This document shows, one piece after another, positions 47,795 to 57,376 of a stretch of DNA of 57,376 bases. The stretch covers positions 1-57,376 of the forward strand of contig MQRK01248175.1 of the NCBI GenBank assembly GCA_001938485.1. The letters are read 5' to 3'. The position numbers were made by a program, and so were the translations under genes. This DNA comes from Girardia tigrina. Taxonomy: Eukaryota. The notes under the pieces were generated by a model. That model made no database searches. It saw nothing but the letters and a program-made list of their open reading frames with translations, and was not told the origin of the DNA. Within the stretch, counting starts at the first letter, position 1; each line of letters begins with the position of its first letter.

Positions 47795-49110
47795 AAGTAC
47801 ATCTGAAAATTTTACTCATAAAGATATTGAAGATAAAATTGTTGCACAGAATTAAATGAACGTAATTTTTTTGGTTTTTTAAGATTTAATGTTAAGAAAA
47901 ATGTCTTTAACCTAAGTAACATTAAGTTAACAGATGATGAATTAAATGTATATTTACAACAAAATAAAAATCAAATTAATAAAGATTTTTTTAATTTTAA
48001 AAAATATGATTAAGAAAAAGATAAATATTTGAAAATTTGATTAAGGAAGTTTGTTAATAAGGATTAACGATTTTGATTATATTAATAAATTAATGATATT
48101 CTAAAATGTTGTCAATCAAACACTTACACTTTCAGCAGCATTTGAGCAGCATATTCCTATTAGAAATTACAAAGAGAAACGTAAGATTTTTTCTTGCTTG
48201 TCGGTAATGAACTCTTTATTCGACAATTTCGTCAGAGACAATTTTCTTTTCTTTCTAATAATTCTTGAACAGGAAAATATTAGTAAAAGGTACATTTTTA
48301 GGTAAAGAATCCCGTTCATTTTCGCAAAATAAATAAATAAGAAAACAAACATTCGAATGCACAATCAATAATGAAAGCACACACATCAAACGCGAAAGGT
48401 TACAAAAGCACTCGAAAACAAACACAAAAGTCAAAGATTACACACACACACAAAATAATAATAATGCAGTGTCAGTAAGTAGGACACTACACCAACAGAT
48501 TTATCAATCTTGCAGCACTAAAAATAACAATGTAAAAATTAAATATATTTTAACTGTTTTTTATCCAGAAGGATTTAAGACCTTTAAAAATTCATTTTTA
48601 AAAGCTGTACAGAACAGAGTAAATTTAAAATTAATATCACATACCCAAAACAAAAAAAGTAATTTCGGTAATATATCTCTCATTTCATCAGAAATGTGTT
48701 CGGATCTCGTTTATTAAGGTACATGTAATAGATATAAAACCACATCCATGGGAATGACATAACGTCATCTCAGAGAATCTAAGTAAACAGTCAAAATGAA
48801 GGTGAATATAATATTGCAGTGTATATAAAGCGATATAAGGGTGGCATGCTACCTAAAAATTTTGAAATTCTGTGCAGTCAATTTAAGTATTATTGGGAGA
48901 GAGTGACATATAAAGCGTTATATATAAGAGCTTTCTATCCAAAAATTAACTTTCAAACAACAATCTCTACAACTGTATTATGTTTTTTCGAAAAGATATA
49001 ATGATGAGTATTGATTTAATAATCATTACCTGCACCATATAAATATCATTCTTTTTAATAATCATCTGTTTTGATGATGACGGTCAATTCGTCGAAATAA
49101 ATTAGCATGA
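47795..49110 (+). mobile_element. Penelope-like element remnants (N-terminal motif, linker, endonuclease tail)
   Basis: VFNLSNIKLTDDEL near 47900; YPEGFKTFKN, CSDLVY, FEILCSQFKYYWER..ALYIRAFYPKINFQ at 48469-49001. Confidence 0.7.
49067..49107 (+). ncRNA. Minimal hammerhead motif (C3 mutated)
   Basis: UGUU-UUGAUGA-U-GACGG-ucaau-UCGUC-GAAA-UAAA-UU-AGCA, about 65 nt after a PLE stop. Confidence 0.6.
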
Positions 49111-50287
49111 AGATAAAAACTTTTAACTAGCTTAATTATTTACTTTTAATTATGTTTTAATAATTTTAAAAATATAAATCCATTTGAACTTTAACATTGA
49201 TGAAAACTATTTATTTACATCATAAAAATTATAAATCACTATTAAAAAGAGTAGTTTATAATTTATAATTTTTAAAATTACAAAAGTGATACAAAATTAT
49301 ATAAACTCCTACTTTCGAAAAGTATTGAGAATAAAATGTAACTTCTCGTCCTATCTCGGGTGCTATTAAGTATTTTCATGAGCAAAGCCGAGAAGCTTTA
49401 CTGGTTCTTTATAATAAAACAATAACTTAATATTTATAAAAAAAATTTATATTTTATTCGTTCTGCTTTTATTCTAAAATTAATATGGTCCGTAAATAAT
49501 AAAAAAATATAATATTTTAAACATGATCAATTAAATTATTTTTTTATTTTTATCATTAATTTTCTATAATTCTAATTGCATAAAGAAATATTTAAAATAA
49601 CTCTAACATAGTTTAAATATAAAAAATAAAACTAACAATTTTTATATTATTATTATTAAATTTTTATACTTCATTGAACAAAATAATCCTTTTTCTAATT
49701 ATTATAATATTTAAAAAATTCGCTCGAGAGCCAAATGGCAACAAGTCATACGAATGGAAGAAATAATTATATCAATTAAATATGAATTTGAATATAATAA
49801 AATTAAAGATGACATAAATTATGCTAAATTTTTTATAAAAAACGAATATTATTTCAAAAATAAAAAGAGACAAGGAAATTGTGAAGATTATATTTATTAT
49901 TATTATTGTTAGTCGCATTTATGTTTAAAATTCGATGATGTTTGATTCAGGATTAGAAGTCATAATTTTATACAAACCTTTACTAATGAACATTATACAC
50001 CAATTTAAACTAATTTCTTCTCGTTAATTTAATCATTTCGTCAAAATCGATTTATCGATTTTCTATTTTTGTATAAATTTATTAAACCTTCACTGTTAAA
50101 ATTATCTCTAAAATTTACTACTTTTGTTACAAAATATTTAACTTATTTTAAATTTAATTTATAATGAACTTTTTATTTTCAAAATAATTTCCTTCCATAT
50201 TATAAATTTTGACAAATTCATTGTTTTTATTATTTATTTTAAAATTCTCATTTTAAAACTTTTACTAAACATTTTCCTTTTCAAATA

Positions 50288-51759
50288 CAGTGCGTTCAAA
50301 AAGTAACTGTGCACCTGCAATTTCAAAACAAGAACGATATCCCGTGTTCTAAAAATCAATAACAAAATATTTTGAATAGTCGATTTTATGTGGAGAACAA
50401 TGACCGTCTCTTAATTTATTAAAAATAACAAGAAAAGAGTCACAACAACTGCTGGAAATGCCCACCAAGTTCGTGAATACAAACGTTAATTCGACGTTTC
50501 AAGTTTTCGAACACTCGATGAATTTCCTTTTGGGTGATGGCTTCAATTTGGTGTAGGATGTGATCACGTAGGTCTTGCAAAGTTTGTGGTTTGTTTCGGT
50601 AAACCTTTTGCTTTATCGCTCCACACAAGTAAAAGTCTAAAACACTTAGATCTGGGGATCTTGGCGGTCAAATTCCTTTGGAAATGATTCTCTTCGGGAA
50701 GATCTCATTCAAAAAACGAAGCGGAATGTTTGCGGTATGTGCTGTTGCACCATCCTGCTGAAACTAACCAGTCGATCGTTCTTCTTTAGTTAACTTGTCG
50801 ATGAAAGCAGAAAGGATTTCCTTGCAGTACCTTACTGATGTTATGGTTTCAGTAAAAAAGATGGGACCAATAACACGCCTCCTAGACATGGCACACCATA
50901 CTCCAACTTTCAAGGAATACAGAGGCTTCTCAACAAATTCATGCGGATTTTCACTGGACCAAACTCGAGAATTTTGGCTACTCACATATCCAGACAAATG
51001 AAANNNNNNNNNNNNNNNNNNNNNNNNNNNNNNNNNNNNNNNNNNNNNNNNNNNNNNNNNNNNNNNNNNNNNNNNNNNNNNNNNNNNNNNNNNNNNNNNN
51101 NNNNNNNNNNNNNNNNNNNNNNNNNNNNNNNNNNNNNNNNNNNNNNNNNNNNNNNNNNNNNNNNNNNNNNNNNNNNNNNNNNNNNNNNNNNNNNNNNNNN
51201 NNNNNNNNNNNNNNNNNNNNNNNNNNNNNNNNNNNNNNNNNNNNNNNNNNNNNNNNNNNNNNNNNNNNNNNNNNNNNNNNNNNNNNNNNNNNNNNNNNNN
51301 NNNNNNNNNNNNNNNNNNNNNNNNNNNNNNNNNNNNNNNNNNNNNNNNNNNNNNNNNNNNNNNNNNNNNNNNNNNNNNNNNNNNNNNNNNNNNNNNNNNN
51401 NNNNNNNNNNNNNNNNNNNNNNNNNNNNNNNNNNNNNNNNNNNNNNNNNNNNNNNNNNNNNNNNNTCGCACGAAAGACATGTTCAATCAAAAATATTCTC
51501 TCCTCCGTTTACAAAACCATTTTCAATTGGAATTAACTTCGCAATAAATTGACTTTCGTCAATGATTAGATTGAATATCAAAATTATATTTTTTTTTAAA
51601 AATTTAAAACGCTCAGTGTCAAGGTCAAAGTGTGTAGGTATGTTTTTTGTTCACGAATCTATTTCATAGAAATTTGCATTTAAAAAGTCTGCTACAACGC
51701 TGATTATCTAAAAATAAACCAGACAATGAAAGGTGCACAGTGACTTTCTGAACGCACTG
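50288..51759 (-). mobile_element. Full-length rosa-like Tc1/mariner transposon with DD38D spacing
   Basis: 29-bp TIRs cagtgcgttca(a/g)aaagt(a/c)actgtgcacct with TA flanks. FHLSGYVSSQNSRVWSSENP, FQQDGA...SPDLSVLD, GGHFQQLL*. The N-terminal half is in a large N-gap. Confidence 0.92.
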
Positions 51760-52689
51760 TATATCGATTTTAATTATTCTAAACTTTCTGGATTTTTAAA
51801 CTTTATGTACTTTTCTTGTTTTAAAAAATAATTTATAAATTATTTGGCGAATTGAAAAATTTAACTAACTCTTCATAATTATTATTATTGTTATTATTAT
51901 TAATATACTATTATTACAAAGTTTTTGGAAATTTCAATCAAAGATTTCAAAACAAAAACATTAATTTCTATTTTTTCAAAAAAAATTTCCTTTTTCAAAA
52001 TAAACTGATTAAAAATGTTCGAATTCAAAATTGAAATTAGTAATTTAGAAAAAATTTGTTAAAAGAAATTTTGCCTTTTCTTTGGCTGTTCTTTTATGGT
52101 ATTAACTTTTGCGATTTTGAATTAATAATATTAAATAATATTCAACTACATATTTTTTAAAATTATCAGATTTTCTGTATTATGTTTAAAATAATTTAAA
52201 ATAAGATTATAATCTAAATAATTATATACATATATTGTATATTGAAGTTCAAGCATTCCATAAAATTGAAGTACTTTCCAATCTTGAATTCCTTTTCCAA
52301 TACTTAGATGATGTCTTAGTTTAATCTTCAAATTTAGAAGAGCTTTCACATGGAGTTTCAGTCAGAATTTAGTAGATATTCCTTACACTATTTGCAAATG
52401 CAGACTTCTGGGAGCGTTGCAGCAATTAAATTATGCATAAAAAATAAAATAAATTATAAAAAAATGAAGGTAGTTTGTTTTGACTCCTCCATCTTAACCT
52501 AAAGTTTATAACACCTCCAGTCAAACATGCAACTTATCCATATGAACGTTGTTGGTAATTAAACATAGATATTCAGAATTTTCGCTTTTCACGAAAATCA
52601 AAATTTATTTTTATTTAGTCTCTCTGTTCCATTAAATATTTAACTTTTTTGAACTTGCTAAATTTTATTTATTTATGTAATTTGAATTG

Positions 52690-53000
52690 AATAATTTTTT
52701 GGGAGGAATGATGATTCATATGACAGTCCTAAATGTAGTATAATGTTTGAGGGGGCAGTTTTTATTGTGTTGAATGTGTTTTTTGGATAGTTGTGAAGAA
52801 GGTTTAAGTGATTAACATTTCGGGTAGATTTGGAAGGAGCATTTATAAAATGTTGTTAAGCTGTTCAAGAAATCTTATACTTTGATCTCAAGTATTTTTC
52901 CTGTTGGATTTTTGTCCTCATCTATGGAACAACTTTTTTGTTATTCTTTAAAATTTTGAAGTTATGGGAGAAAGGAGTTAATATGTTTTGAAAAACTAAT
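52690..53000 (-). mobile_element. Highly decayed Penelope-like RT fragment
   Basis: TPFSHNFKILKNNKKVVP resembles the PLE YGLPKIHK..PLRP region; weak. Confidence 0.35.
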
Positions 53001-53999
53001 AAGAAGTTCTTGAATTCTTTAACAATTGTTATTTTACATTATATATCGACTTTGGTATGTGCATAAAAAACTAACGCCACTCTTAAGGTGGTGTGAATCT
53101 CTTTATACAGTTTCAAGTAAAAGGATAAAATAAAATTATTTTAATATAATAAATTTAATCAACAATAAATAAAAATATTAATTGGACAAATAACAACAAA
53201 CAACAAATTTGATCACAGAAAGTAGAGGAGAGTTTAAGAATTAAATAAATAAATCTTACAATATTCTTTCATTCCTTTTCTATACTCAATAGACGCTTTC
53301 CCAGTTTTCTTTTCACAGAAAGGAGACTGCTCGCTTACTGGACTTGGCTGGTTTATTATCTCTGTTTAGTGTTGACTGGACCCGGATCCAAAGAAAACGT
53401 CGGTGATAGGAATGATTTGAGGTAGATATAGTTGAATAATATATACATATAGCTCGAAAGTAGAGGTTTGATTGATTTCACGAGCTGAACAAAGATATCG
53501 ACAATAATTTTTCTTATATCGAATTAGTTCACAACGAAATTAAGGAATTGAGCATACAAATATTTTCCATATTAATCATATAATTTAATTTGAAGTATAA
53601 TAATAAAAAATTTTAATACAAACATAATAATAATAAATACATATATGATAGTAATAATGAAATAATACATAATAATAAAAAAGGTACATTATATATTCAG
53701 TATCTAATTTAACTATATTTAATATAAATAAATTCATCAATTATAAATTCATATTATAATAGTATAATCACATACGACGATAATAATAAGTACATCTATG
53801 ATGATAATAATAATAATAAATTAATAATTATATATTTCATACATTAAAATACGGTAGTTTAATATAAATAAAAATTCGTAAATTTAATTAAAAAAATATA
53901 ATACAGTAGATAATACAGTATGTATTCTTGAAAGCGTTTGTAGCTTTTCAAATTAAAAGAGATTTCACCAGGAAAATACACAGAGATTTATGTCATGTA

Positions 54000-55540
54000 G
54001 TTATCAAAAAGACAAAAAAAATATATCGGAAATCATATTATGCTACCAGATTTAATGAAAGAGTTACAAATCGTTAGATGAGAATGTCAGGAATGCATAC
54101 GCAGAAAGATTCCAAGCGAAAAAACAAAAGAAAAGTTGATTCCAATAAGAAGTGACGAGGTTTTAGAGCAAGTCTTGATGTACATCGCATATGTAGGTAA
54201 CAAGAATAGCATGTAACCATATTTATTGGTCAAAGTGGATCAGTTTTCGAAATTGGTCTCTTTGACAGAGATTAGAACTCAAAACGAAGACACCATAGTT
54301 CAATGCGTGTTGATAAAATGGATATATAGATTTGAGAAGCCAGAAACAATATTAACAGACAATGGAAAATGTTTTACTGGCGAAAAATGGAAAGAATTTC
54401 GCAGGAGATGCGGAATCGAACAACGATTTAGTAGCCCATTTCAACATCAATCAAATGGGCTACCAGAAAGAAATTTTCTAACAGGGAGAGACATGATAAT
54501 AACAAACAGAGGAGACATAGACAAACAATCATGGTGGCAAATTATTCCAAAGATAGAGGTCTGTCTAAATGCAACGGTCCAGAGTACGACCTGATATTCG
54601 TCTTTCGAAGTTGTGTTTGGTAGAAAAATAAACTTACATGCGGCAGCAGGAATATCTAAAACTGAAGGGAGGAACGCGATCAAGATGAAGGTAAGAGAAA
54701 ATTTAGGGAAAGCGGCAAAACGAATGGAAAATTGTGAGAGAGAAAAGAAAACAAATCGACATTTTGAAGATAGTCAGAAGGTCTTTGTAAAAATATATCC
54801 CACAAAAAACAGAGAATGAACACTTTCCCATTCGATGGACCGTATCATTTTACAAGATATATATCGCCACACCAATTGGAAATACAGAATCTGAAAGATA
54901 GAAGCTTAATTCGTCGAAGGATTGAGTGGATTAAGAAAATTAAAAACGAATTATAAAAGAGGGTAAAATTGTGATTAGTTATTAATTTGTTTAGGTATTC
55001 TAAAAAGATTTTAAATATTAAATATATTCTACTTGTTTAAATTATGACTTCTGAATTGAAACATGGAAATTTAACTTGTTTTTATTCTGTTAGTTCTGAA
55101 ATGAAAATTATTTTTAAGAAAGAGATTAAGTCGGTAATAAGTTGTTGTTATTGAAGGAAGATTTCTCGATCCATTTCGAATGAATTGCAGTAAGTAGAGT
55201 ATTAGTTTTTGGTATAATTTTTAATGAAATTTTAGTTTTTCGCTGGAAGCCAATCAAGATAAAATTAATATAAGTATTGGTAGTTAGCAGGAGAGAGCAT
55301 ACGTGTCGTATAAAGTCTAGATACTAAATTAAAGCTGAGGCTGGATTCGAATTGACATTCTAGATGTAAAATAAGATTTATAAGTATTTCAATACCATTA
55401 AAACCCTGTAATGTATTAGCCTACTTATCATAGCTGGTAGATTTAGGAAGCCTGTATAAGTAATCTTTGTCTTTGTAAAGTGCTGGATCTCATTAGTCTG
55501 AAATATAAGGTTGTTGCAATGCTATTTTTTGGCGATTGAG
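54000..55540 (+). mobile_element. Ty3/gypsy integrase fragment, PPT and probable 3' LTR
   Basis: CQEC, VKVDQFSK, ILTDNGKCF, SNGLPER, DGPY; purine tract aaaagaggg then TGTGA at 54970. LTR end uncertain. Confidence 0.8.
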
Positions 55541-56191
55541 CACATCAATTAAATTAATCAAAATACCTGATTACTTGTTTTAATAATCAGTATTTAAAAA
55601 ATTAGAAAAGGCAGAAATTCGAACCACTGCCAAGTGCAAGATTCTATGTGAAATCTCAGTATCAGAAACTATCCGAAACAACAATAGTGTATTTGTTGGT
55701 TTAATGATAGAGGAGATAATCTAAGCGATGTCGAATACTTTGAATTTTATATTAAAAAAGTCAAAATGAAAATACAAATATTAAATTAACCATTAAAAAG
55801 CAAAAGAACTTTTGATAAATTAAATTCTTCATCAAAATTATAAAATCTTTGAACTATTATTTTTTTACAGTAAGTTAAAACAATTTTCTTTAAAATTATT
55901 GTTTTAATTTACCGACTTTTCTTTGATCTTCTATTGAAATAAGTTAAAAAATACATTGACAGTTTATCAAGTTTAGGTTAAGGAAATCATTTACCAAATA
56001 CATGATGATTATTATTCTTTGATGTTTTTTTACTATGAATTTGTTTCCAGAAAAAACAAATATTAAAAATTATACTTTTCGTTATTTGTTCTATCAAATT
56101 CAATTTGTATATACAAAATATACAATGAACTAAGCTGTAACTAAGCAATATATAAAAAGATGAAGTTCATCCATTAAAAAATATATTTAAC

Positions 56192-56230
56192 GACAATAAA
56201 TTTCGACGGATCAACTATCAACTTCAGGTC
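56192..56230 (-). ncRNA. Degenerate minimal hammerhead motif
   Basis: GAC-CUGAAGU-UGAUAG-uuga-UCCGUC-GAAA-UUUA-UU-GUC, downstream of a PLE endonuclease. Confidence 0.55.
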
Positions 56231-56299
56231 ACTATGATTTAGTTCGCCTGTATATAAAGGCAAAAATGATGATTATGTAATCGATTGCATGAAATTACA

Positions 56300-57060
56300 C
56301 TAATTAAAAATTCTCAATAAGCTGCTTGAGACTGCCGATTGAACATTGATTTTAGGGCAACGTGACTTAATAACTATCAAATGCTCACAATAAATCTTGA
56401 AATTATCAATATTAATATTACATTTATATTTTTCCTATGTTCTACAATTTTGCTCTTCTTCTCTTTTCGTTCATTTACTTGAATTCGTTTACAGAGATGA
56501 CGGCCAGTTTCTTCAATGTATGTATCATCGCACCTATGATATTTATATTCATAAACAATATCAGAACAAAGTTCCAAAGACGTAATTACTGAGCATTTCG
56601 AATTTTATGAGATCGTGATATAATTTTTAAATTGCATTCATTGTTAGTTGCCTTTAACAATGCATTTTTAAGGTTTTTAAATCTTTCAGAATAAAGTACA
56701 ACAAAGCAATATTTAACCATGTTATTATTATGTAATGATTCTTCAATTTCTGTCTTCGAATCATCAGGAGAAGTAAAACTCTGATTTTTCAAATACCCTT
56801 TTAAGAGTTTCTTATCCATCGTTTCCTTTATTAATTTTTCAAGAAGAGATTTAAATAACCAGGGTGAGTTAACAAGGAAATTAGTTTATTACAACTTTTT
56901 ACAGATTAATGAACAGTTGAAGGCTATAGAACAGTTGAATTATATAAAGATTTATCAGTTTGCTTCTTATAAATCCAGTCTCATAACTAAGAAATTTTCT
57001 TACAATCAAAAGATCTAGTAAAGGTGAGATTCCATTCGTCTCATTGTTAACTGTAAAAAC
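56300..57060 (-). mobile_element. Penelope-like element fragment (RT thumb, linker, GIY-YIG)
   Basis: NNETNGISPLLDL, LYSERFKNLKN, CSDIVYEYKYHRCDDTYIEETGRHLCKRI. Confidence 0.85.
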
Positions 57061-57069
57061 AACTTATGT

Positions 57070-57376
57070 ATTATTAAGAACACCAACATGGCTTTACAAA
57101 CTTTTATTTTCATTACAATCAGAATTGTCTTTTGGACAACTCTCAGCGAAACTCTCCTCATTCGACATCGTTCTAAATTGATAATTTTTTATTAATGTTT
57201 GTTAATAAACAATTATTCGAACAAATTTTTGATTATTTTCTGATTTTATTTTTAAAATTCAATTTTGTAGTTTTAGTATTAATTTTTATTTACATATTAA
57301 TTTTATTTAAAAATTAATTTATGTAAAGAAAGAATATTTAATTAATTCAAAACTTAGTTAAAACTATTTATTTTAT
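57070..57376 (-). repeat. Dispersed repeat with mini-ORF start MSNEESFAESCPKDN (runs off window end)
   Basis: Collinear with 5735-6040 over about 300 bp. Confidence 0.85.

Noticed and set aside
50764-51552. Long ORFs of 170-240 aa in the ORF track
   Set aside because: Mostly N-gap translated as X.
53560-53920. AT-rich (ATA)n-like tract
   Set aside because: Degenerate low-complexity sequence without defined structure.
55605-55660. GGTTCGAAT B-box-like motif (minus), possible tRNA or SINE
   Set aside because: No cloverleaf or A-box could be built.

Overview
This is an AT-rich eukaryotic, probably metazoan, scaffold window that is almost entirely nested, decayed transposable elements. I found no intact host gene, rRNA, tRNA or CRISPR array. 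LTR retrotransposons: five, of which two are near-complete with paired LTRs (8134-11576 and 13222-18425), two belong to an atypical lineage with an HINxxEL-type RNase H, and one is an integrase/LTR tail. Other retroelements: many Penelope-like (PLE) fragments, several ending in minimal hammerhead-ribozyme motifs, and two copies of an RTE-type LINE. DNA elements: Tc1/mariner-superfamily elements with several catalytic spacings (DD41D, DD38D, DD37E, DD34E, mariner), pogo/Tigger, hAT, a piggyBac-type MITE and two non-autonomous Helitrons. The most interesting signals are (i) slippery heptamer plus pseudoknot -1 frameshift cassettes in three LTR elements, one placed after the protease (Gag-PR / RT-RH-IN), (ii) the PLE hammerhead motifs, and (iii) a dispersed repeat carrying a conserved 'MSNxES...C' mini-ORF start. 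All calls were made by eye from motifs, and element edges without TIR/LTR evidence are approximate. Seven N-gaps are present.
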